From Bacillus subtilis subsp. subtilis str. 168 (lineage in GTDB: Bacteria; Bacillota; Bacilli; Bacillales; Bacillaceae): a DNA stretch of 32,000 nt. A program made the translations under genes and the position numbers. This document shows positions 10,401 through 19,158 of the stretch, piece after piece (the first letter of the stretch is position 1; every line of letters begins with the position of its first letter). The stretch covers positions 1,080,001 to 1,112,000 of the forward strand of contig NC_000964.3 of the NCBI RefSeq assembly GCF_000009045.1. Direction: 5' to 3'. The notes under the pieces were generated by a model. The model saw nothing but the letters and a program-made list of their open reading frames with translations, was not told the origin of the DNA and searched no databases.

Positions 10401-12728
10401 ATGAACACAATACGAAGTCAGTGGAAAGACATCGTAACAAGTAAAAAATTATTGATTCCCATCATCGCCATTTTGTTTGTCCCGCTTATTTACAGCGGCG
10501 TATTCTTAAAGGCTTATTGGGACCCGTACGGCACAGTTGACCAGCTGCCTGTCGTTGTCGTCAACCAAGACAAGGGAGCAACGTATGAAGGAGAAAAACT
10601 TCAAATCGGTGATGATCTGGTCAAAGAATTAAAGGATAATAACAACTTTGATTGGCATTTTTCCAATGATCTCGACCAATCGTTAAAGGACTTATTGAAT
10701 CAAAAATATTATTTAGTTGTCGAGATTCCTGAGGATTTTTCTAAGAATGCCAGCACTGTATTAGACAAAAATCCGAAAAAATTGGATCTGAAATACCATA
10801 CAAATGCAGGTTCTAACTATGTAGGGGCAACGATCGGCGAAAAAGCGATTGATAAACTGAAAGCCTCTGTTTCAAAAGAAGTGACCGAGCAATATACGAA
10901 AGTTATTTTTGATAACTTTAAAGATATCGCAAAAGGTTTGAGCGACGCGAGCAGCGGCGCGAAAAAAATTGATGACGGCACAAAGGATGCGAAAAACGGA
11001 AGCGCCCAGCTGAAAGAAAATCTGGCGAAGCTGAAGGAAAGCACCGCTACCATCAGTGACAAAACAGCGCAGCTTGCAGATGGAGCGGCTCAGGTGACGA
11101 GCGGCATCCAATCACTTGACAGCTCGCTCGGTAAATTCCAGGACAGCAGCAACCAGATTTATGATAAATCTAGTCAGCTTGCAGCAGGATCAGGCGAGCT
11201 GACAAGCAAGATGAATGAACTTCTTGCCGGACTTCAAAATGTGCAGAAGGGTACGCCTAATCTTACTAACGGGTTGGATCAGCTCAACAGTAAAGTCCAA
11301 GAAGGTTCTGAGAAAGCGGCAAAAGCGGAAAAGATCATTAATGCGCTCGATTTAACGAAGCTTGAAACTGCTGTAAACAATCTGGAAAAGTCAGAAACTG
11401 CGATGAAGGAATTCAAAAAACAGCTGACTGACTTTGAAAACAGTTTGAAAAACCGTGATCAGGCATTTAAAAATGTCATCAATTCGAGTGACTTCTTAAC
11501 AGCGGAGCAAAAAAGCCAGCTGATTAATTCTGTTGAGAAAAAGCTTCCGCAAGTTGATGCGCCTGATTTTGATCAAATATTAAGCCAGCTACCTACAGCT
11601 GATCAGCTGCCTGACATCGCAACGATAAAAAGCTCTCTTGAAGACGTGAAAGCGCAGGTGGCGCAGGTGAAAGCCATGCCGGAAGCTACATCTAAGCTTT
11701 ATAACGGCGCAAAAACAATCCAAGATGCGATTGACAGATTAACTGAGGGAGCTGATAAGATATACAACGGTTCTCAGAAGCTGACAGATGGCCAAACTAA
11801 ACTGACAGCGGGCATCGGTGAATATAATAAGCAGTTCGCAAAAGCAAAAGCGGGCTCAGAGCAATTGGTGACAGGAAGCAGCCAAGTATCCGGCGGATTG
11901 TTTAAGCTGTTAGACGGGTCTAAACAGGTCCAAAGCGGATCATCAAAACTTGCAGACGGATCTGCATCACTTGATACAGGTTTAGGCAAGCTATTGGACG
12001 GCACAGGAGAGCTGTCTAGTAAGCTGAAGGATGCGGCTGACCAAACAGGAGATATCGATGCTGATGATCAAACATACGGCATGTTTGCGGATCCGGTTAA
12101 AACCAAAGATGATGCCATTCATTCCGTTCCTAACTATGGAACAGGGCTGACACCTTATATCCTGTCAATGGGCTTGTATGTCGGCGGCATCATGCTGACG
12201 GTTGTCTTCCCGCTGAAGGAAGCGTCAGGACGTCCGAGAAACGGTTTTGAGTGGTTCTTCAGCAAATTCAATGTCATGATGCTTGTAGGAATCATTCAAT
12301 CATTGATTGTGGCGACGGTTCTTCTATTGGGAATTGGTCTTGAGGTAGAGAGCACGTGGAGATTTTACGTGTTTACGATCATTACGAGTCTCGCTTTCCT
12401 GGCGATAATTCAATTTTTGGCTACAACGATGGGCAACCCGGGGCGATTTATCGCAGTCATTATTTTAGTGCTGCAGCTGGGAGCGAGCGGAGGAACCTTC
12501 CCGCTGGAATTGCTTCCGAATTTCTATCAGGTCATCCACGGCGCATTGCCGATGACCTACAGCATTAACGGATTCAGAGCAGTCATTTCAAACGGTGACT
12601 TTGGCTACATGTGGCAGATGGCCGGCGTCTTAATCGGCATTGCCCTCGTCATGATTGCACTAAGCATTACTTACTTTACAATGTTAAGCCGGAAGGAAGA
12701 AACATCAGAAGAACAGCCGGCTTCATAA
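10401..12728 (+). CDS. yhgE: YhgE/Pip family membrane protein
   Basis: 775 aa. N-terminal TM, long L..G/A-rich repeats of DG..L..G type and five or more C-terminal TMs. N-terminus PYGTVDQLPVVVVNQDKGA is typical of the Pip family. Confidence 0.92.
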   Translation: MNTIRSQWKDIVTSKKLLIPIIAILFVPLIYSGVFLKAYWDPYGTVDQLPVVVVNQDKGATYEGEKLQIGDDLVKELKDNNNFDWHFSNDLDQSLKDLLNQKYYLVVEIPEDFSKNASTVLDKNPKKLDLKYHTNAGSNYVGATIGEKAIDKLKASVSKEVTEQYTKVIFDNFKDIAKGLSDASSGAKKIDDGTKDAKNGSAQLKENLAKLKESTATISDKTAQLADGAAQVTSGIQSLDSSLGKFQDSSNQIYDKSSQLAAGSGELTSKMNELLAGLQNVQKGTPNLTNGLDQLNSKVQEGSEKAAKAEKIINALDLTKLETAVNNLEKSETAMKEFKKQLTDFENSLKNRDQAFKNVINSSDFLTAEQKSQLINSVEKKLPQVDAPDFDQILSQLPTADQLPDIATIKSSLEDVKAQVAQVKAMPEATSKLYNGAKTIQDAIDRLTEGADKIYNGSQKLTDGQTKLTAGIGEYNKQFAKAKAGSEQLVTGSSQVSGGLFKLLDGSKQVQSGSSKLADGSASLDTGLGKLLDGTGELSSKLKDAADQTGDIDADDQTYGMFADPVKTKDDAIHSVPNYGTGLTPYILSMGLYVGGIMLTVVFPLKEASGRPRNGFEWFFSKFNVMMLVGIIQSLIVATVLLLGIGLEVESTWRFYVFTIITSLAFLAIIQFLATTMGNPGRFIAVIILVLQLGASGGTFPLELLPNFYQVIHGALPMTYSINGFRAVISNGDFGYMWQMAGVLIGIALVMIALSITYFTMLSRKEETSEEQPAS

Positions 12729-12730
12729 AG

Positions 12731-12769
12731 AAAAAGAACTTGTTTCCTTGGAAACAAGTTCTTTTTTTG
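12731..12769. terminator. Bidirectional terminator between yhgE and fabHB
   Basis: AAAAAGAACTTGTTTCC TT GGAAACAAGTTCTTTTT, about 17-bp inverted repeat ending in T run. Confidence 0.9.
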
Positions 12770-13747
12770 TTACATCCCCCATTTAATAAGCAATCCTGTA
12801 TAGGTTAATCCGCCGCCAAACCCGAAAAGCAAAACGATTTGATCTTTTTTCAGCTTCCCGGCTTTCACTGCGAGATCGAGCGCCAAAACAATTGAAACCG
12901 AAGACGTGTTTCCGTAGTGCTCAACACTAGTGAGCGTTTTTTCAATCGGGAACGGTGTTTTTTCACAAATTGACTCGATCATGCGCAAGTTGGCGCTGTG
13001 AGGAACAAACCAATCGAGATCATCGGAGCTGAGTCCTGCTTTATGTAAAAGCCGTTCAAATTCGCCAGGGACGGTTCTTGCGGCCCATTTATATACCTCG
13101 CGTCCGTTTTGCACCATTTTTCCGGAACCGACAAGCTGCACACCGTTTATTTCATTTCGCAGTCCGGCACGATACAAAATATCGCCGCCGTTCCCGCTTG
13201 TTCCTTGTACAGACGCAAGAAATCCCGGCGTCTCTTCATCTCGTTCTACTAACAGCGCACCCGCGGCATCGCCGAACAGTACGCATGTCGTTCGATCGGT
13301 ATAATCGGTTACCTTTGATAACGTCTCTCCGGCGATGACGAGAATTTTTTGATGAAGGCCAGATGTGATCAATCCATTTGCCAAATGGAGGCCGTATGTC
13401 AGCCCGGCGCATGTCGCATTAATATCCAGCGCGCCGGTGCTTTCCCAGCCGAAATATTCCTGTACGCGGCATGCCGTACTCGGAAAGGCGTAATCGGATG
13501 TGGTTGTGGCAACGAGGATCATATCGACATCATCAAGCGTTCCTTTATAACGGCTCTTGAGATTCTTCACCGCTTCTATGCATAAATCAGAGGTAAATTG
13601 ATGTTCATCCGCAATCCGGCGTTCTCTCATTCCTGTGCGCTGAACGATCCATTCATCAGAGGTATCAACGATCTTTTCTAAATCTGCATTGGTTAAACGT
13701 CTGCTCGGCGCATAGGTGCCGATAGCTGTAATTTTTGCTTTTGACAT
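12770..13747 (-). CDS. fabHB: Beta-ketoacyl-ACP synthase III (KAS III) paralogue
   Basis: 325 aa from MSKAKITAIGTYAPSRR. Active-site region ALDINATCAGLTYGL, WFVPHSANLRMI and GNTSSVSIVLALD. SD AAGGAGTGATTCAT ATG. Confidence 0.95.
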   Translation of the reverse strand: MSKAKITAIGTYAPSRRLTNADLEKIVDTSDEWIVQRTGMRERRIADEHQFTSDLCIEAVKNLKSRYKGTLDDVDMILVATTTSDYAFPSTACRVQEYFGWESTGALDINATCAGLTYGLHLANGLITSGLHQKILVIAGETLSKVTDYTDRTTCVLFGDAAGALLVERDEETPGFLASVQGTSGNGGDILYRAGLRNEINGVQLVGSGKMVQNGREVYKWAARTVPGEFERLLHKAGLSSDDLDWFVPHSANLRMIESICEKTPFPIEKTLTSVEHYGNTSSVSIVLALDLAVKAGKLKKDQIVLLFGFGGGLTYTGLLIKWGM

Positions 13748-13769
13748 ATGAATCACTCCTTATGGTCAG

Positions 13770-13802
13770 ATTATAACACTAGATATTAGTATCTGGTACT
13801 AA
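13770..13802 (-). promoter_or_regulatory. fabHB promoter (-10 TATAAT at 13770..13775) with overlapping FapR operator (13786..13802)
   Basis: TTAGTATCTGGTACTAA has perfect TTAGTA/TACTAA arms and matches the established FapR box. It lies just upstream of TATAAT on the minus strand. Confidence 0.88.
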
Positions 13803-13873
13803 AAAGAAGGTTTTTTTACAAAAAAAGAGAAGTGTAGATAGGAATCTATGAAAAAGAAAAAGGAGGCTGAAAA

Positions 13874-14650
13874 ATGGTCAGTCAAGAAGCAGTAGTCTTT
13901 TTGGCATTATCCGGGGCTATTGCGTTTCTGTTGCCAATCGGGCTGATTGTATGGTTTAAGCGAAAGTATGGTGCCTCGCTTAAAGTGTTTTTTATTGGCG
14001 CTCTCACGTTTTTTGTCTTCGCTCAGCTGCTGGAAGGCGGCGTTCATGTTTATGTACTGCAAGTGAATGAAATGACGAAAGAAGCGATGCAGCATCCATT
14101 ATGGTATGGCATTTACGGCTGCTTGATGGCCGGCATTTTTGAGGAGTGCGGAAGGTATTTGATGATGCGATTTTTTATGAAGCGCCATCATACTTGGGCA
14201 GATGGTCTGGCTTTCGGGGCAGGCCATGGCGGGCTTGAAGCCATCCTGATTACAGGCTTGTCCTCTATCTCACTTATTGTATACGCATTTGCAATCAATA
14301 GCGGGACGTTTGAACAGCTTTTGGTCAATGGCGACGTCAAACAGGCGCTTTTGCCGATACAGGAGCAGCTGCTGCATACTCCTTCGTATGAATGGATGCT
14401 GGGCGGAATAGAAAGAATCAGTGCCATTGCCGTCCAGATTGGTCTGTCTCTGCTTGTTTTGTACGCGGTTAAAAACCGCCGGCCGCTGTTTTTGCTGTAT
14501 TCTATTCTTTTACATGCACTGTTTAATGTCCCGGCGGTTTTATATCAAAGAGGAATCATAGAGCATGCTGCAGCTGTTGAAATCATTGTTGCTCTTATAG
14601 CGGCTTTATCAGTTTATTGGATTGTAAAAGCAAAAAGGGTGTTTCAATAA
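13874..14650 (+). CDS. yhfC: YhfC family polytopic membrane protein, putative glutamic-type intramembrane protease
   Basis: 258 aa, multi-TM, with FEECGRYLMMRFF (EExxxR-like), FGAGHGGLEAI (HxxxE) and LLHALFNVP. SD AAAAAGGAGGCTGAAAA ATG. Confidence 0.85.
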   Translation: MVSQEAVVFLALSGAIAFLLPIGLIVWFKRKYGASLKVFFIGALTFFVFAQLLEGGVHVYVLQVNEMTKEAMQHPLWYGIYGCLMAGIFEECGRYLMMRFFMKRHHTWADGLAFGAGHGGLEAILITGLSSISLIVYAFAINSGTFEQLLVNGDVKQALLPIQEQLLHTPSYEWMLGGIERISAIAVQIGLSLLVLYAVKNRRPLFLLYSILLHALFNVPAVLYQRGIIEHAAAVEIIVALIAALSVYWIVKAKRVFQ

Positions 14651-14740
14651 AAGGTCCAAGCAGCAGCAATGCCCGCTTGGAAAAATGTGAATGGAAATAT
14701 TCATTAAGCATGGGTCATCAGAATATTTCTGATTCAGTCT

Positions 14741-14944
14741 TTAGCAATGACAGCAAGAATGTCTGTGTTTTTTACAAGAGAAACAATGGTGTTTCTTTTT
14801 CTTCTTCTCGCAAGGGTCATGGCATTCTTTCTTTTTCTTGCAATGGTCGTGGAAATCTTTATCGAACCACTCGTCAAAGAACCAAAAATCATCGAACCAA
14901 TCGTGACAACGACATTTCTGTTCATGTGAATGACGACAGCACAT
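14741..14944 (-). CDS. Small Cys/His-rich protein, 67 aa, function unknown
   Basis: MCCRHSHEQKCRCHDWFDDFWFFDEWFDKDFHDHCKKKKECHDPCEKKKKKHHCFSCKKHRHSCCHC. Strong SD AGGAGGGATTTCT ATG; strongly non-random composition (12 Cys, 11 His). Occupies the yhfC-yhfE gap. Confidence 0.72.
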   Translation of the reverse strand: MCCRHSHEQKCRCHDWFDDFWFFDEWFDKDFHDHCKKKKECHDPCEKKKKKHHCFSCKKHRHSCCHC

Positions 14945-15062
14945 AGAAATCCCTCCTCTTCCCATGCTCTCTACAGCATATGAGAGATTGATAGGAAAAG
15001 ATTGGACGGGTCCCTCGGGAAAAGAGTATATTTTAAGTAGAAAATAAAAGGAGGAATGCCCT

Positions 15063-16103
15063 ATGACGTCCGTACGTAAAACGATGGAGCTCATTAAAGA
15101 ACTTGTATCGATCCCAAGCCCGACAGGAAATACATATGAGGTGATCAATTATATTGAAAGCCTTTTAAAAGAATGGAAGGTAGAAACGGTTCGGAACCAC
15201 AAGGGCGGCTTAATTGCAACGCTTCCAGGACGCGACACATCCCGGCATCGCATGCTGACAGCGCACGTTGACACCCTCGGCGCTATGGTGAAGGAAATTA
15301 AAGCGGACGGCCGGCTGAAAATCGACTTAATCGGCGGGTTCCGCTACAACTCGATTGAGGGGGAGTATTGCCAAATTGAAACCGCCTCGGGAAAAATGTA
15401 CACAGGCACAATCTTAATGCATCAAACGTCTGTGCACGTATACAAAGACGCGGGAAAGGCTGAGCGGAATCAAGAGAATATGGAGATCCGCCTAGATGAA
15501 CCTGTTCACTGCCGGAAAGATACGGAGGAGCTTGGCATTGGCGTCGGAGACTTTGTGTCGTTTGATCCACGTGTCGAGATCACATCAAGCGGATTTATTA
15601 AATCGCGCCATTTGGATGACAAAGCAAGCGTCGCCTTATTGCTCCGCTTAATTCATGAAATTCAAACAGAAGACATTGAGCTGCCGTATACAACCCATTT
15701 TCTTATTTCCAATAATGAAGAAATCGGTTACGGCGGGAATTCGAATATTCCTCCTGAAACAGTTGAATATTTGGCGGTTGATATGGGCGCTATCGGTGAC
15801 GGGCAGGCGACGGATGAATATTCAGTATCAATCTGTGTGAAGGATGCGAGCGGGCCGTATCATTATCAGCTCAGAAAGCATTTAGTTCAATTAGCCGAGA
15901 AGCATCATATTGACTATAAGCTTGATATATATCCGTACTACGGGTCTGATGCGTCAGCAGCGATCAAATCCGGGCATGATATTGTGCATGGCCTCATAGG
16001 GCCGGGAATTGACGCTTCCCATGCATTTGAACGCACCCATAAATCATCTCTTCGCCATACCGCTAAGCTTCTGTATTACTATGTACAGTCACCAATGGTA
16101 TAA
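15063..16103 (+). CDS. yhfE: M42-family metallopeptidase / glutamyl-aminopeptidase-like (YhfE)
   Basis: 346 aa with MLTAHVDTLGAMV, SRHLDDKASVALLL, LISNNEEIGYGG and SHAFERTH metal-site motifs. SD AAAGGAGGAATGCCCT ATG. Confidence 0.9.
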   Translation: MTSVRKTMELIKELVSIPSPTGNTYEVINYIESLLKEWKVETVRNHKGGLIATLPGRDTSRHRMLTAHVDTLGAMVKEIKADGRLKIDLIGGFRYNSIEGEYCQIETASGKMYTGTILMHQTSVHVYKDAGKAERNQENMEIRLDEPVHCRKDTEELGIGVGDFVSFDPRVEITSSGFIKSRHLDDKASVALLLRLIHEIQTEDIELPYTTHFLISNNEEIGYGGNSNIPPETVEYLAVDMGAIGDGQATDEYSVSICVKDASGPYHYQLRKHLVQLAEKHHIDYKLDIYPYYGSDASAAIKSGHDIVHGLIGPGIDASHAFERTHKSSLRHTAKLLYYYVQSPMV

Positions 16104-16115
16104 GGGGGAGGACCA

Positions 16116-16523
16116 ATGAAGATTTATAAGCTGAAAAGCACATTCGGTTGGGAAGGTGATGACGGGTTGGGAGAACAGCTGATTCAGCAGATCCTTGCCG
16201 GAGAAAAAAGCGCCACGTGCGCGCCGAAATCATTGTATTCAAAAGATGAATTGAGGGACGTTTATCAAACAGCGGGTCAGCTTGTTACCGTTTATGATAA
16301 ACATGACAATCCAAGATGCAATATAAAAGTAACAGATGTCTTTGAAACCACCTTTGGTGCGCCTGATATGAGGTTAGTCAAAGGAGAGGGCAATGGAGAC
16401 CGAATTGAGGAGTTTCAAGAGGATCATCGGATGGCATGGGCGGAACTGATCAAAAGCGGTGAACTGGAGCTGAATGAGGATACTGTTTTGATTACAGAGT
16501 TGTTTGTGCTTGTTAAAGATTAA
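16116..16523 (+). CDS. yhfF: ASCH-domain protein (YhfF)
   Basis: 135 aa with ASCH-like [13 protein letters not shown]...[11 protein letters not shown]...[31 protein letters not shown]. Confidence 0.87.
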
Positions 16524-16557
16524 AAAAGCCTGCGGGGCAAGAACCCCGCAGGCTTTT
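16524..16557. terminator. Bidirectional terminator between yhfF and gltT
   Basis: AAAAGCCTGCGGGG CAAGAA CCCCGCAGGCTTTT, perfect 14-bp stem. Confidence 0.93.
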
Positions 16558-16559
16558 CA

Positions 16560-17849
16560 TTAACCAGAAATGGTTGCGTTTTGTTCTGTTTTCGATTGGG
16601 ACATAACAGTTTCTGCTTTCGCAGGATTAAACATGCCTTCCCATTTAGACATCACAACGGCAGCAAGCGCGTTACCAGTCAGGTTGACAACTGTACGTGC
16701 CATATCCATGATGCGGTCTACGCCGGCAATAAAGGCAAGTCCTTCAGCCGGAACGCCGATGGTGCCAAGCGTTGCAAGCAAGACAACAAAAGAAGTACCA
16801 GGTACGGCAGCCATCCCTTTGGATGTCACCATTAAGACGAGCACAAGCGTAATTTGGTGCCAAATCGTCAAATCAATGCCATATACCTGTGCTAAAAAGA
16901 GTGCGGCAATAGATTGATAGAGAACGGAACCGTCTAAGTTAAACGTGTAACCGATCGGAATGACAAATGAAACAATGCCTTTTGGACATCCGATTTTCTC
17001 CATTTTTTCCATGATACGCGGAAGAACCGTTTCAGAGCTGGACGTACTGAACGCCAGTAAGATTTCGTCCTTCATGTAAGCAAGGAACTTGAAGATGCTG
17101 ATGCCGGCAATTTTTGCGACAATCCCGAAAATAACAATTAAGAAGAAAGCAAGCGCGACATAAACCAATCCGACGAGCTTTCCGAGAGAGATAAGAGAAC
17201 CGAGTCCGAATTTAGACACAGTCACTCCGATAAGAGCGAAAACGCCGAATGGCGCCACTTTCATCACAAGGTTTACAACGTGGAACATGGCATGGGATAC
17301 ACCTTCAAAAAAGGCTAATACAGGCTTGCCTCTTTCACCGATCGCGGAAATACCCAATGCAAATAGTACTGTAAAGCAGATGATGGCTAGAAGATCCCCT
17401 TCGACCAATGACTGGAAGAAGTTTGTCGGCACAATATGGAGGAACGTTTCCGCCACTGATTTATTACTTTGTTCTTTTTCAGTTTCAACATATTGACTGA
17501 TGTCCGATTTTTGAGCTTCGTGTATATTAACTCCTGTACCCGGATGGAAGATGTTTGCAAGGGCTAGTCCGAGAATAATGGCAAAAGTCGTGATGATCTC
17601 GAAGTACAGAATCGTTCTGAAGCCTAATTTACCGACTTGCTTTCCATTTCCTGCACCGGCTACACCGATGATTAAGCTGGAGACAACAATAGGAATCACT
17701 ATCATTTTGATTAAGCGTAAAAAGAGATCCCCGATTGGCTGCAGGTAAGTAGGCAATGCTGGGTTGCCATACCAAATGACGCCAACAATGACACCTAGAA
17801 TAAGTCCAACGAATATTTGTGTGGCTAATCCAAACTTAATTCTTTTCAT
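16560..17849 (-). CDS. gltT: Proton/sodium-glutamate symporter (DAACS family)
   Basis: 429 aa. TSSSETVLPRIMEKME, GYTFNLDGSVLY and signature NLTGNALAAVVMSKWEG. SD GGGAGGTAATCT ATG. Confidence 0.95.
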   Translation of the reverse strand: MKRIKFGLATQIFVGLILGVIVGVIWYGNPALPTYLQPIGDLFLRLIKMIVIPIVVSSLIIGVAGAGNGKQVGKLGFRTILYFEIITTFAIILGLALANIFHPGTGVNIHEAQKSDISQYVETEKEQSNKSVAETFLHIVPTNFFQSLVEGDLLAIICFTVLFALGISAIGERGKPVLAFFEGVSHAMFHVVNLVMKVAPFGVFALIGVTVSKFGLGSLISLGKLVGLVYVALAFFLIVIFGIVAKIAGISIFKFLAYMKDEILLAFSTSSSETVLPRIMEKMEKIGCPKGIVSFVIPIGYTFNLDGSVLYQSIAALFLAQVYGIDLTIWHQITLVLVLMVTSKGMAAVPGTSFVVLLATLGTIGVPAEGLAFIAGVDRIMDMARTVVNLTGNALAAVVMSKWEGMFNPAKAETVMSQSKTEQNATISG

Positions 17850-18084
17850 AGATTACCTCCCAAAAAACAAAGTATCAACATATATCATGAATAGACATAT
17901 ATTTAATCTCACTATTAGATCAAATTATAATAGATAAGAAATCAATTCGTCTATAGTAAATTATATTTCGAAAATAAAGAATATTCAATGACATTATGAT
18001 AATCACCAGAATTATCTAAAAACAGGTGAGCTTTGACCTAACCTGACTATTATTTCAAAATTAAGAGATATGTGAAAAAATAAG

Positions 18085-18113
18085 AAAATCCCACGCGTAA
18101 GGCGCGGGATTTT
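18085..18113 (-). terminator. Intrinsic terminator downstream of yhfH
   Basis: AAAATCCCACGCG-TAAGG-CGCGGGATTTT, near-perfect stem with flanking A and T tracts (boundaries approximate). Confidence 0.75.
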
Positions 18114-18119
18114 CGCTCA

Positions 18120-18254
18120 TTACAAATCGTTTACTTTTATACAGTCATTGCAGATATTACCATAACACTCATGCTGCTCTTCTATCTTTTTTCCGCATTC
18201 CGCACACTTTTTCGAAGGCAGGTTTCTAAAAAATTCTGTGATTTTCCCCAGCAT
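18120..18254 (-). CDS. yhfH: Small YhfH family protein with four-Cys zinc-ribbon-like pattern
   Basis: 44 aa from ATG (MLGKITEFFRNLPSKKCAECGKKIEEQHECYGNICNDCIKVNDL), CxxC...CxxC. A TTG start two codons upstream is also possible. The 96-aa ORF extension is unsupported. Confidence 0.85.
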   Translation of the reverse strand: MLGKITEFFRNLPSKKCAECGKKIEEQHECYGNICNDCIKVNDL

Positions 18255-18411
18255 AACCAATCCCTCTTTCCCCTTTGTAGTGATTTCATTGTAATATAAC
18301 AGATTACAAAAATCAATAACTGTTTTGATACAATGTTTAAAACATGCTTTTTTCAAGAAAAATGGGTATATTGAAGGAGGACCAATTTTTTTGAAAAGAT
18401 AGGAGGACATT

Positions 18412-19146
18412 ATGAAAGTTACAGTTATCGGATGCTATGGCGGTTTTCCGGCCGCAAATGAAGCGACGTCAGGCTATTTGTTTCAGTCAGGTGATTACTC
18501 TCTGCTTGTTGATTGCGGCAGTGCCGTATTGTCTAAGCTGTTCGGATATGTGCCGGCGGAAAAGCTGGATGCGGTCGTTCTGTCTCATTATCACCATGAC
18601 CATATCGCTGATATCGGACCGCTGCAATTTGCCAAGCAAGTCGGTTCGTTTCTCGGCAAAGGAGAGCATACGCTTCCGATTTACGGACATGATGCTGATA
18701 TAGAACAGTTTCAAAAGCTTACATATAAAACACATACAAAAGGGATCGCCTATCAGCCGGATCAGCCGCTGACTGCCGGTCCGTTTACGATCACCTTTTT
18801 AAAAACGATTCACCCGGTGACGTGCTATGCCATGCGGATTACTGACGGCAGCCACACTGTCGTTTATACTGCTGATTCCAGCTATCAGGATTCATTTATA
18901 CCGTTTTCGAAAGATGCTGATTTATTGATCTCAGAATGCAATTTTTATGCCGATCAAGACGGAACAAGTGCAGGCCATATGAACAGCCTGGAAGCTGGGC
19001 GCATTGCAAAAGAAGCCGGAGCGGGAGAACTGCTGCTGACACATTTGCCGCATTTTGGCGTGCATGACAACCTTCGCAAAGAAGCGAAAACCGTTTTTAA
19101 CGGAGAAGTGAATATTGCGAAATCAGGTTTTGTGTGGGAAGGATAA
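18412..19146 (+). CDS. yhfI: Metallo-beta-lactamase fold hydrolase (YhfI)
   Basis: 244 aa. LSHYHHDHIADI (HxHxDH-like), CGSAVLSKL, GHMNSLEAG and LLLTHLPH. SD ATAGGAGGACATT ATG. Confidence 0.93.
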   Translation: MKVTVIGCYGGFPAANEATSGYLFQSGDYSLLVDCGSAVLSKLFGYVPAEKLDAVVLSHYHHDHIADIGPLQFAKQVGSFLGKGEHTLPIYGHDADIEQFQKLTYKTHTKGIAYQPDQPLTAGPFTITFLKTIHPVTCYAMRITDGSHTVVYTADSSYQDSFIPFSKDADLLISECNFYADQDGTSAGHMNSLEAGRIAKEAGAGELLLTHLPHFGVHDNLRKEAKTVFNGEVNIAKSGFVWEG

Positions 19147-19158
19147 AGGAGGAGCACC

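Noticed and set aside
14717-14733. Perfect 17-nt palindrome ATCAGAATATTTCTGAT just after the Cys/His-rich gene
   Set aside because: The stem is AT-rich with no adjacent T run, so it is a weak terminator candidate. It might be a protein site, but nothing identifies a factor.
14747-14929. Plus-strand hydrophobic ORF MTARMSVFFTRETMVFLFLLLARV...
   Set aside because: It is the antisense mirror of the Lys/Arg-rich minus-strand coding region and has no SD. The hydrophobicity follows from AAG/AAA complements (CTT/TTT).
14974-14982. CATATGCTG resembling a sigma-K/E -10 upstream of the Cys/His-rich gene
   Set aside because: The position is suitable, but the last base does not match CATANNNTA and no convincing -35 is found at the right spacing.
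17850-18119. 270-bp AT-rich gap upstream of gltT
   Set aside because: Apart from the gltT SD and the yhfH terminator I saw no clear structured RNA, riboswitch or repeat. It is likely ordinary promoter DNA.
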